A stretch of 64,000 bases of DNA from Chiloscyllium plagiosum. Lineage: Eukaryota. The position numbers and the translations under genes were made by a program. Positions 22,760 through 34,529 of the stretch are shown one piece after another (position 1 is the first letter of the stretch; every line of letters begins with the position of its first letter). The notes beneath the pieces were generated by a model. That model was not told where the DNA came from, made no database searches, and saw nothing but the letters and a program-made list of their open reading frames with translations. The stretch spans positions 46,918,470 through 46,982,469 of the forward strand of contig NC_057719.1 in NCBI RefSeq assembly GCF_004010195.1, given 5' to 3'.

Positions 22760-23085
22760 TTGACCATGGAGTTTGAGAATTTAAGTTTTATATTAAGAGG
22801 TCTGGAAATAAAGAGCTGGTACCAAAAGTGACCATGAAACTGTCAAATAGTTGTAAAAAAACCAAGCTAATGTCCATTTGGAATGGATTATTGCCTCCCC
22901 TATCCAGACTGATTTATGTGACTCTAATCATGCACCAACATGCTTAACTATACTCTTAAGTCAAGTCAAGATCAGCAATTCACACAGTTGTATAAGACAA
23001 GTGCAAAGAATCAGATAGTATTTTGAATAGCTAGTCAAACGCCATTTTCTTAGGGCAATAAGTGCTGGCATTGCTGTGACGCGTA
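22760..23085 (+). mobile_element. Degraded tRNA-SINE (same family as 45375-45715)
   Basis: Shares gaccatgaaac...ttgtaaaaa...ctaatgtcc...atgtgactc...gggcaataagtgctggc with the reverse complement of 45375-45715. Confidence 0.5.
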
Positions 23086-26000
23086 GAGACGAGCATCTTT
23101 TCTAAAGAAGGTGGAAGGTCTATAGATACAAAAGCCCATGCAATTGGTTTTAAATAGAGCATAAGAGAAACCTTTTCACACATCGAGTTGCGAGGCTATG
23201 GAATTCACTTAGTGACTAAAGCAAAAACTATGTCAACATTCAAGATTGAGTTGAATAGATGAATGAACAAAAAGGGTATAAAGGAGATTTTAAAGTATTC
23301 TACTATTACAAACACCATAAAAACTGATAACTTTTTTAAAAGAAAGGAATCCCCAGGAAGTCAATAGAAAGGAAACCAATGGATAAGATTTCACTTTTTA
23401 TAACGTTAATGTAACAAACCAACCATATCAAACATAATTCAAGCAAAAGGTAACTGTTGAAGGATATTTTTAATATAAAGGTAAATCTTGCTTTAAATGA
23501 TTAGTATTGCAAACAATATTTCTTGGACAATTGTTGTACCAGGTGCAATCATGCAAACTTTCCAACTTGGCCTCCTCTTTGGAAGATCCCATTCCATTTC
23601 CCATTGAATTGTTTGGGTCCATGAGACATATCCACTACATACTCCATCTGAGGTGTCTGGACAGATTCAGAGCTGACGTGGTAGTTGTCTGTGATCTCGC
23701 TCTCACAAACTCACAATGTTCTGATGGTAATGCAAAGGAGTCCTTAGGGATTCTGTACAATTTGAAATGATTTGGTGAGCTTTGGCAACATAACAACTGA
23801 AACAGCAACAAGACATAATCCCTTGCCTTTCCTGTCTTTAGCTTTCTGGTCTTTCTATTGGATAACACACATGAAAATGGTAAAATTGCCATTGTTTTAC
23901 CAGACTACAGGGCTGCTATCTCATTATGGAAATGACTGGTGCTGGTCTAACCACATCTCAGGCAAGAGGAGGGGTTGAGAAGAAGAGTCCTTCATGGTAA
24001 CCTCAGTCAATGCAGCATTTGAAATCATGTTGTTAGTAATACTCTGCATTACAAACCAGTTGTTAGTAAATTGAAATACTTGACCCATCAGAAATGTGCT
24101 GTTTGCTCTATTCTCAGACACCTGCTTCATTAGTTGGATGTGTTCAAAGAATGCTATTAGAAAACTGTTCCATTTTGAAAGGTACTTGCTTGTTTCCTCT
24201 TTACATGAACTCTTACTGTATTCTGAACAGCCGAACAGAAAATACAGACTGACCTAACCCACTGCAATTAACTTTTTATTTGCCCTTTGCTTCTTAGCTG
24301 TTTGTCCCTATGGTAACCTCAGATCACATGGGCATTTCTTGGAACAAAACTATGCCATTATCAGTGAACCAATTAATTCCATTTCAGAGAGCTCCCTAGC
24401 CCACTTTGACAACTGAACATGATTTCACACAAAAAAAAAATTAGGCCTTCCTCTAGCACATAGATCACCATACTTTTATTGATTTATTGAATCAAAAGCC
24501 AATGTTTGTAATCAGAAGATAAGCTTCAATTAGGAAAGCAATTTTTCAGAAAACTACTTGAAGTATGTAAGCTTTTCAAGGCGTGATGCCAAAAGGAGTT
24601 GACCTTGAGTTATATTAGCTCCCTCTTCGGCATCACCTTGCTCATAATTTCATGATCTGCGTGATGCAATTGATGCTATGCAACAGCTTTCTACATTAGC
24701 CTGGGAAAGATCTGATTCTTCCATATGATGCAAAGACTGCTGTTATATGCATAGTACAATTACACATTTTATCCTTGTAGTATCTGGATTTATGCGATTT
24801 AGCCAAATTGTGGAATTTCTATTTTGGCAGTCCTTATTGGGGTTAACCTTAAAATCAGAAGGCTTATGTATAAGTCAAGTGAAATTAGAAATTTGTAACA
24901 TCAAATAGAAACATAAATTATAAACAGTTTCTTAAATCTCCTAATAGATTTCATGCTGATCAAAACTTTTGCTGTTGGATAAGTTACACTTAACCTTTCA
25001 CAAAATAGCTCACAAAACAGAACTGCCATGAGAATTCCTCACATGAAAACCAGGCAAATGCAAGAAGTTGAGAGAGAAGATTTAGAGAAGAAAATATGAC
25101 GCCAAAAGGAGAATGTGAAAATATTAACCTCCTGAACATTGTGCAAATATTAGTGAAAATCCCCACTTCTGACCTTATGAAGGAAGGAAGGAAGGTTATT
25201 GATGACATAGCTGAAGATGGTTGGACTTACGATACTATCCTGAGGAACTCCTGCAGAGGTGTCCTGGAGTTGAGAGATTTGACCTCAAACAACCATGATC
25301 ATCTTCCTATGTGTCAGATATGACTAAGCAGCACAGAGTTTGCCTTGATACCCATGAATTCCAGTTTTGCTAGGGCTCCTTGATGCCACACTCTGTAAAA
25401 TGCAGCCTTGATGTTGAGGTCTGTCACTCTCACCTCACCTTTGGAATTCAGCTCTTTTGTCCATATTTGAACCAAGGCTGTCAGGAGCTCAGTGGCAGAA
25501 CCCAAACTTGGTGCCAGTGAGCAAGCGATTGCTGAGCAGAGTGCTGATGATAGCATTGTTGATGTCATATTCCATCACTTTACTGTTGAACAAGAGTAGA
25601 TTGATGGGGCGGTAATTGGCCAGGTTGCATTTATCCTGCTTTTTATGTACAGGACATACCTCGGCAATTTTCCACATTGTCGGGTAAATTTCAGTGTTGT
25701 AACCAATGGAAGAGCTTGGCAAGGGGAGCTGCAAGTTTTGGAGCACAAGTCTTCAGTACTATTGCCTTAATGTTGTCAGGGTCTTTAGCCTTTGCAGTAT
25801 CCAATGTTTCTTGAAGTCACATGGAGTGAGTTGAATTGGCTGAAGACTGGTATTTGCGATGCTGGGGACCACAAGAGGAGACCAAGATGGATCATCCACT
25901 TGGCACTTCTGGTAGACAATTTCTGTGGATGCTTCAGCCTTATCTTTTGCACTGATGGGCTGGGCTCGTCCATCATTGAGGATAGGAATTCTACTCCTTC

Positions 26001-26553
26001 AGTGAGTTGTTTAACCATCTAGCACCATTCCTGACTTGGATGTGGCAAGACTGCAGAGCTCAGATCTGAACCTTTGACTGCTGGATTATTTAGCTCTATT
26101 TATCATTTGCTGTTTGTGCTGCTTGGTATGCAAGTCATCTTGTTTGGTAGCTTCACCAGGTTGACATCTCACAAGCCCCCAGAAGTTACTAAGGAGGACT
26201 TTGTACAGTCTACAGGGCTGTTTCTGCCAATGTCTTTTCCGGTGCCTAGATTGATGCTAGATACTCCATCTGGTTTGAGTTTTTTATTGATACATCATTT
26301 GACTTTTGCCTTCATTTTACTTGCCTTCAGATATGGCTCATGTTGCTCCTGACATGCCCTCCTGCATTCTCCATTGAACCAGGGTTGATCCCCTGGCTTG
26401 ATGGTAATGGTTTAGTGGGGGGATATGTTGGGCTATGAGGTTACAGATTGTGCTGATGGCTCACAGTGCCTCATGGATGCCCAGTCTGTTCAAAGTCTGT
26501 GCCATTTCGCATGGTTGTAGTTGTGAAAGCTGGACTTCATCTCCTCAAGGACT

Positions 26554-27570
26554 TGTACCCATAATGGTAAGGTGCTGCGGAGTACTGCTGAACAAAGAGT
26601 TTTATAGTTTGTTGAAAGTGGAGTCTCAGGTATTTAGGATAGTGACGAAGGCATCTAGTAAGCTTTCCTTTATTTGTCAGAGCATTAAGTATAAGAGTTG
26701 GGAAGTCATGTTGCGGCTGTACAGGACATTGGTTAGGCCACTTTTGGAATATTGCATGTAATTCTGGTCTCTTTCCTATCGGAAGGATGTTGTGAAGCTT
26801 GAACAAGTTCACAAAAGGTTTACAAGGATGTTGCAGGGTTGGAGGGTTTCAGCTACTGGGAGAGGCTGAATAGGCTGGGGCTGTTTTCCCTGGAGCATCG
26901 GAGGCTGAGAGATGACATTATAGAGGTTTATAAGATTATGAGGGGCATGGATAGGGTAAATAGACAAGGTCCTTTCCTTGGGGTGAGTCCAAAACTGAAG
27001 GGCACAGGTTTAGGGTGAGGGGAGAAGATTTGAAAGAGGCCTAAGGGGCAACTTTTTCACGCAGAGGGTGGTGAGTGTATGGAATGGGCTGCTAGAGAAA
27101 GTGGTGGAGGCTGGTACAATTGCAACATTTAAAAGATACCTGGATGGGTATATGAATAGGAAGGGTTGAGAGGAATATGGGCCAAGTGCTGGCAAATAGG
27201 ACTAGATTAGGTTAGGATATCTGATCAGCATTTGGATTAGATTAGATTCCCTACAGTGTGAAAACAGGCCCTTCGGCCCGACAAGACCCCACCAACCCTC
27301 CGAAGAATAACCCCCTCTGACTAATGTACCTAACAACTATGGACAATTTAGCATGGCCAATTCACCTAATCTGCACATCTTTGGACTGTGGGAGGAAACC
27401 GGAGCACCCAGAGGAAATCCACGCAGACACGGGGAGAATGTGCAAACTCTACACAGATAGTTGCCCAAGGCTGGAATCGAACCTGGGATCCTGGCACTGT
27501 GAGACAGCAATGCAAACCACTGATATAGGGTCTGTTTCCATGCTGTACATCTCTATGACTCTATGACTGT
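26554..27570 (+). mobile_element. 5'-truncated CR1 inserted into the L2-like LINE, with 7-bp TSD aaggact
   Basis: YKSWEVMLRLYRTLVRPLLEYC; tail (ctatgact)n; aaggact at 26547-26553 and 27571-27577. Confidence 0.9.
27234..27522 (-). mobile_element. HE1-type V-SINE inserted in the CR1 3' tail
   Basis: Reverse complement of the element at 42841-43156 (V-domain tctccccgtgtctgcgtgg...tgctccggtttcctcccacagtccaaaga; (taatc)n tail). Confidence 0.9.
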
Positions 27571-28329
27571 AAGGACTGTGCGGTGATCACTCTTACAGAT
27601 ACTGTCATGGACAGAGAAATCTGCAGCATCCAGATTGGTAAGGATGTAGGCGAGTATATTTTTCCCTCTTGCTGGTTCCCTCATCACTTGCTGCAGACCC
27701 GGTCTTGCAGCTATGTCCTTTAGGACATGACCAACTTGATCAATAGTGTTGCTGATGAGCTATACTTGGTGGTGAACATTGAAATCCCCCACCCAGAGTA
27801 CATATTATACCATTGCCACCCTCAATGTGCCTCCAAGTCTTGTTCAACATGAAGGAGTACTGATTCATCAGCCGAGGGAGGATGGTATATGGTACTCAGC
27901 TGGAGGTTTCCTTGCCCATGTTTAACCTGGTCATGAGACTTCATGGGGTCGGAGTCAATGTTAAGGGCTTTCAGGTCAACTCCCTCCCACTGTATACCAC
28001 TGTGCTGCCACTTCTGCTGGGTCTGTCCTGCCAGTGGGACAGGACATTTCCAGGGATAGTGATGGTGGTGTCTGTAAGGTATCATTCTGTGAGTGTGACT
28101 GTGTCAGGCTGCTGCCTGTCTGGTCTGTGAGACAGCTCTACCAATTTTGGCACAAGCCCCCAGAAGTTACTAAGGAGGACTTTGTAGAGTCTAAAGGGCT
28201 GTTTCTGCCAATGTCTTTTCTGGTGCCTAGATTGATGCTAGATACTCCATCTGGTTTGAGTTTTTTCTTGATACATCATTTGACTTTTGCCTTCATTTTA
28301 CTTGCCTTCTCATTTTAGTTTTGATCTCT

Positions 28330-28830
28330 TTACTTCCTATTACCAAATTTACTTCCTTCCAATTTGAGTTATCGCTCAGGCTTCCAATCGACGGAAAAGA
28401 TAGGTTAAACCTTCCCCAAGTGCACAAGCAAATCTCCCTATTATGGTATCAGTCCCAGGGCTGTTACAGTGTAACTCAACCAGTACATGTTCTACTAGCT
28501 GCAGAACTGGTCCAAATGCCTAAGAACTATGATGCCCTCCTTCTTACACCAAATCTTTAGCCATGTGTCCAATTGCTCATTTCTTCCATTCTTTTACTCA
28601 CTAATATGTGACACTGTAATCTGAGGTTACTGCTTTTGAGATTTTCCTTTCTAAGTTCCTTCCCAAGTGCCTAAAATTGGCTTTCAGGACCTCATCCCTC
28701 TTCCTATCTATGACATTAATGCCAATGCAGACCATAACGTCTAATGGTTCCCCCTAGAAGGATGTCTCGTGTCTACTCCATGAAATCCTTGAATCAGATA
28801 TTAGATAGGCAACACACCACTCTGCAGCCA
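28330..28830 (-). mobile_element. Highly decayed CR1 ORF1-region remnant
   Basis: Residual similarity to ~720-1200 and to 41915-42500. Confidence 0.5.
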
Positions 28831-29789
28831 CATTTACAGAAATTTATAATGTTCTATTTTTCAACAAAAAAATGATAATGAGCTTTGATAATGATAATGA
28901 TGAAATATCTTGTTAAAGTGAACAATCAGAACTTGCGGTGTCTACTTCAAAACTTGTTTCTCTTTACATTATATTTCTCCTTCAAGGAATTTAATTGATA
29001 CTGATGATGAGCCAAACTATCTGAGGTTAGATACTTGATTTAGCAAATTCTATTTTGAGAGTTTAATAGCTGCTTTGACCAGTTGTGTAAGGAGACAGAA
29101 GTGAAACTATCGTTTTCCAAATACTTAAAAGCAGGTACATCACCATTACACCCTTTGGTACTTTTGGTATTATTGTTGAAGGAGTGTTTTCTATAAATTC
29201 ATGAAATTGTACTCATTCTCCTTATTTGTCATGGATACAAGGTTCCTATTCAACCCTTTTTGTAACATCGCCTTCATAAAACCACAATTAGCATTTACTG
29301 AAATACCTATTATCACACAAAGAATACTAAGTTCAGAAGTGGTTTAGTGGCAAAAGTACCACATAAGCTGTGCCCAGGAAGATGTTATAGGTTTGAATTT
29401 GACTGTGCTGAATTATTGTACTTGGTAAGGAAGGAGAAGACCAGCCATGGTTCCACTCCTTGCAAGGCAGTGACCCCTGATAGAAAGAACATTTCTAGAT
29501 CAAGAGTGTGAACCAGCATGATATTACCATGTGATTGTTCAGCTGAAATTAACAGACAAATTTGACATTTTATGGATATTCATATAAATGTATAATACTT
29601 CATCGTTTTTAGTTATTTAAACATATTCGTTGTGTACATATTAGTTGTGAATGTCTTTGGTGTTCTGTTATGCATATTCTTTGTGTTCTTTTGACTTAAT
29701 CATTGAAAGCTTTAATATTGAAAAGTAAAGAGGGAGTGAATTACTTAGCTGCTGATTTATTGGGACATGTGGAATTACAAACCAGTCAA

Positions 29790-30320
29790 TGAAATAAAAT
29801 GGGCAGGTGCAGCAAGCAATTAGGAAGGCAAATGGTATATTAGTTTCATTACAAGGGGATTTGAGTTCAGAAGCAGAGATGTCTTAGTACTGTTGTACAA
29901 GGCCTTGGTAAAACAGTACCTGGAGTAGGGAGTGCATCTTTGGTCTCCCTACCTAAGAGAAGATATACTTTCATAGAGGGAGCACAGCAAGGGGTCGCCA
30001 GGTTGATACTAGAGATAACAGGGTCCTTGCATGAGGAGAGATTGGTTCATTTGGGCCTGAATTCACTAGAGTTCAGAGAATGAGATGGGACCTAATTGAA
30101 ATGTGATTCTAACTGGGCTCGAGAGACTAGATGCAGCAAGTATGTTTTCCTTGGTTGGGGAGTCTAAAACCTGAGGTTATGATCTCAGGATACAGGGTAC
30201 ATTTAAAACTGAGAGGAGGAGACATTTTTTCAGTCAGGGCTGGTCAACATGTGCACTTTGCAAACATAAAAGGCTGCAGCAGCAGGGTCACCAAGCATTT
30301 TCAAGGGGGCTGAGACATAA
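29790..30320 (+). mobile_element. Decayed CR1 ORF2 3' fragment
   Basis: aggaaggcaaatggtatatt...ttgtacaaggccttggt...cctggagta...tggtctccctacctaag is the LY.ALV...LEY...WSPYL region. Confidence 0.75.
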
Positions 30321-30535
30321 ATGGGAGGGAGATGGGGCTGGGGGGAAGGTAGCTGGGAATGCGACAGGTAGATGAAGGTGATGGAAGGTGATGAACATAG
30401 ATCAGAGAGGAAGGTGAGCGGTAGGTGGGAAGGAAGATGGACAGGTAGGGCAGTTCAAGAGGGTGGTGCGAGTTGTAAGTTTAGATCTGGGATAAGGTGG
30501 GGGGAGGGAAAATAAGAAAACTGGTGAAATCACCC
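30320..30535 (-). mobile_element. PLE 3' region remnant
   Basis: Purine-rich segment ending ggggggagggaaaataagaaaactggtgaaatc, similar to 58680-58860. Confidence 0.55.
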
Positions 30536-31259
30536 CCTCCGCGACTCTCTTGGTAGGTCCATGCCTCTCCCCCCTCTCCCGCCAACCCAACACTTACTGC
30601 CTCACTTTCTCCTATATCATTCCTCTGTCTGACACCAGACTGGGAAACAAACTGGCTTATTCAGAACTTAGTTGTGGCTCAACACTCCATGGGGGACAGC
30701 GAAACTGCTGTAGTTACATTCTCAAAGTATCTGTGAATGGTTTCAACAAAGAGACTGCCTCATGGGAGGTTGTGATTGTGACCAACCTAAACAGAGAAGC
30801 TTTATCCGGGAAGGCACGATTACATCCAGAGACTTTGTCAGAAGCATGCTCGTGAAGATGTGTCAGAGACAGTTGACACATGTCCAAACAACTCATTTAC
30901 CTGACTCCTCAGGCTTACCCACCCAACATGTGTCAGAGGCTGCCAATCGTGCATTGGACTTACCAACCATTTCATAACCCATTAAACTGGATTGCATGAA
31001 ATTCATCCACGATCCCGAGGGACTGCCCAAGAAAAAGGGATTTGTGTGCGAAAATATATCTACTTAGGGCAGTCGATCAGGCTTTAAACAAATGGGGCTA
31101 GTGGGAGTCAGGTATGCTTGTTCACAGGGAGGGAAGTTTAGAAATCCAAAGAACAAAGTTGATATAATAGAGGAGTCTAGTGATGTGGTTAAAGTTAAGC
31201 AGAGTGGGACATAAACAAAAATTGCAACAGGGAATAAGGTCCATATGAAGAACCATAGT

Positions 31260-31910
31260 AAGAAAGTACAATTAATAGCTCTTTATCTGAATGTGAAAAG
31301 CAGCCAAAATAAGATATGAACAAATTGTGCAAATAGATTAGATGTAATCTGAAATTTTTTCGGCTTTGGGGAGTCAGGGTGACTTATTCCTCACAGAATG
31401 GGAATTTTATAAGGTGTCCAAGGTTAGAAAATAAGTAATTCCAAAGTACACACCATTTCAAAAAGATAGACAGTAAGGATAAGGAGGAAGAGTAGCCCAG
31501 ATAGTAAATTATGATGTAGGCAAATTAGTAAAAACGATCTTGACTCAGAAGATCAGAAATTGGAAGCTGAATCCATTCAGGTCAGGAATAGTAAAGTTCA
31601 GAAAGTACTAGTAAGAATTGTTCACAGGTACACTAACAGTAGTCAGACCATTTAACAGAGTATTGGCAAGAAGTTATCAGAGTTTGTAACAAAGGCAAAG
31701 TAACAGTTGTGGCTGAATTTAATCACCAAATAGCCTGGACCATCCTATTGGTAAAGATGGTCTGAAGTTTGAGTTTTCATGAGTTTCGCAGAACAAGACT
31801 TTGTGAAACTACCTAGAGATAAAGCTATTGTGGATCTAGTATTTTGCAAAGAGGCACTGTTAACTAGTAATTTCATTGCAAAAGATTCTCTGAAAAATAG
31901 TGAACTATAC
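31260..31910 (+). mobile_element. Old CR1 endonuclease remnant
   Basis: ctttatctgaatg...aaaagatagac...ggaggaagagtagcc...gctattgtggatctagtattttgc resemble APE motifs (LYLN, KDR..GGGVA, AILDLV). Confidence 0.5.
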
Positions 31911-31974
31911 ACTCACAAAAATCTTCACAAACAAGTATTTTATACTTAGGCCAACACCTCAGGTGATTTGATAA

Positions 31975-33380
31975 GGGTCAAGTAATTTTTGTGCTACACA
32001 ACAATTTCCCCTTGATATTAAATGGCATTAACATAATTGAATCCCCTACTATCAATATTGTGGGGTTACCATTGACCAGAAGCTGAACTATTCTAGCCAT
32101 ATAAACACTGTGGCTACAATAGCAGTTCATTGGCTGTACATTCTGTGAATAGGAAATCAACCCAACTCCCCAAGTCAAAAGAACTGCAGATGCGGGAAAT
32201 CTGAAAGAAAAACAGAAATTACTAGAAAAACTCAGCAGGTCTGGCAGCATCTATGGAGAGAAGCCAGAGTTAACATTTTGGATCCAATGACCCTTCTTCA
32301 GAACTGTAAATCCTATCCACCATCTACAAGTTACAAGTCACGAGGGTGATGGATTTGCCCTGGATGAGGACAACACCAACAATATAAGATCATAAGACCT
32401 AGGAGCAGAAAATAGGCCATTCAGCCCGTCAAGTCTGCTCCGCCATTCAATCACGACTGATAGGTTTTTCAATCTAATTTTCCTGCTTTCTCCCCGTAAC
32501 CTTTGATGCCCTTGGCAAGCAAGAACTTATCTACCTCTGTTTTAAATATACTCAATATCCTGGCCTCCACAGCCTTCAGTGGCAATGAATTCCACAGACT
32601 CACCACTGTCTGGCTAAAGAAGCTCCTCCTTATCTCTGTTCTAAAGGGTCTCCCCTTTACTCTTAGGCTGTGCCCTCAGGTCCTTGTCTCAATATGCAAG
32701 AAATTCAGTGCTATCTAGAACACAGCAGTCTGCTGATGTCACGTCAAACAATAAACTAAAACATTCCCTTTCTTCACCGTCAGTCCCCAATGGCAGAGTG
32801 TCCACTACTTACATAATGCACTCCAATAACTCACCAAAGCTCCTTCGACAGCACCATGCATTGGAGGCAGTACACCAAACCTTCCCAGGATGAGAAATTG
32901 TGCTAGTATAAGAGACTGAATAAATTTGGCTAATATTTATGGGAGTTTAATGAAATGAGAGGAAATCTCATTGAAACATACAAGGTTCTGAAGGCATCAA
33001 GGTATTTCCCCGAGCTGAGAAATGCTGAATGTGGAGTCATTGCCTTAGAATAAAAGGCCTATCATTTAGAACTGAGATGTGAACAGGTTTCCTCATGCCT
33101 AGGGATGTGAATGTTTGGAATTCTGTACCCTGGAGTGCTGCACACGCTCTGCTGTTGAATGTATATAACATTGAGATCGATGTTTGATTGTCATGGAAAC
33201 AAAAGATACATGTATTGCAAAGTGGAATCACAGTCAAAAATTGACCATGATCATATTGAATGGTGCAGCAAGGTATGACAATAAAGCAGGAGATACTCGA
33301 TAAAGATACTCATTTAGGGAATTGATGCATTGACAATGGGCTGAATGGTTTCTGTCTATGCCATATCAATCTGTGATTCT
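31975..33380. mobile_element. Cluster of nested fragments: L2-like (+), PLE-type terminus 32177-32306 (-), CR1 3' end 32385-32690 (-), CR1 3' end 32950-33380 (+)
   Basis: Each piece matches families found elsewhere in the window. Confidence 0.65.
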
Positions 33381-34529
33381 CCACTTGGGGATTAATCAGT
33401 AAAGTTAACTACTTTGGTTTATGATTTCCCCTCAGCGATGAAAACATTGGGAAACAGAGAGTGGATGCTTAATCACATAGGAAAGCTGGCTGGTGCTTTT
33501 GTCATAACACCTATGTAGTTGGCAATGATACTGAGTTGCCTGACATATTCACCATTAAAGTTATTCTGAATGCAGCTCTGTATCTCACAATAGGAGTTTG
33601 TGCTAGGGAGGTCTTGTGGGGATGTGGTTGGTGATTGCAGAGATAGATAATTGTTTAAAGTATTTATTTTGAAGATTTTTGATGAACTTTCACATCACAG
33701 AATCAATAATCAATTTTGCTACAGTATCAGTGAATGGTTTTTATGATATTGAACACAGTGATTCAAATATCACTTCAAGACATGTTTATGTTGAAAGCAG
33801 ATGAAGAATGGAAGTGTGATTGTGGTATCAATGCTGTAAGAATATCTTTGTCATGATGGCAGTAGTGATCATTCTGAAAGTCAATTATACAAAAGTCTGT
33901 GCTGGTTTCTTTTGCATGGGCTGAAAGCAAAATAATGAATGTTAGATTGTAGCAGATTAGTTAATGAGAAATAGTCATCAAATGTTGGGTCAACTTAAAT
34001 ATAAAAACAGAAGTCAACTGCATATAAATTGCAGGTTTGTAAATTAAATATGTTTGTGCACATGAATCTTACCAGATTGTTGATGGATAACGAGTGTCAT
34101 TGACATCAACAGATATGATGAATAATCTCTGCTCAGGTAAAAAGACATCTATCCTGGACATAGACATCTAATTCACATTTGTTAGTGATCACATCATATC
34201 ACCATTGTCTTTTTTCAGAGATTGACACCAGAATTAGTAAATGAGCACGTGTGAGGTAACCCTGTCTTTTTCATTATGGGCATACTACAAGACTTGGAAA
34301 CATATCTGAACACTATAGGCTCTACCGCCAATCAACCTGACACTTGTGCAAACATATTTCATGTTCAATTCAAGAAATCTGACATATTTGATCATTTCTC
34401 AGTTAAATAACTTTTAAAAATTTATGCCTGCTACAGGTTGTGAAAAAAAAAGAGGGGTCCCTATTCTTTTGCTGTTGATCCTTTAGGGAAAAGACAAACC
34501 ACAATCACCTTGAACCACAGAAAGCGCCA

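Larger units (their letters stand above)
25125..28260 (-). mobile_element. L2/CR1-group LINE (RT and endonuclease remnants), host of nested insertions
   Basis: Minus ORFs: WKIAEVCPVHKKQDKCNLANYRPINLL and DLNIKAAFYRVWHQGALAKL (RT); QVKHGQGNLQLSTIYHPPSADESVLLHVE (APE endonuclease). Confidence 0.85.
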
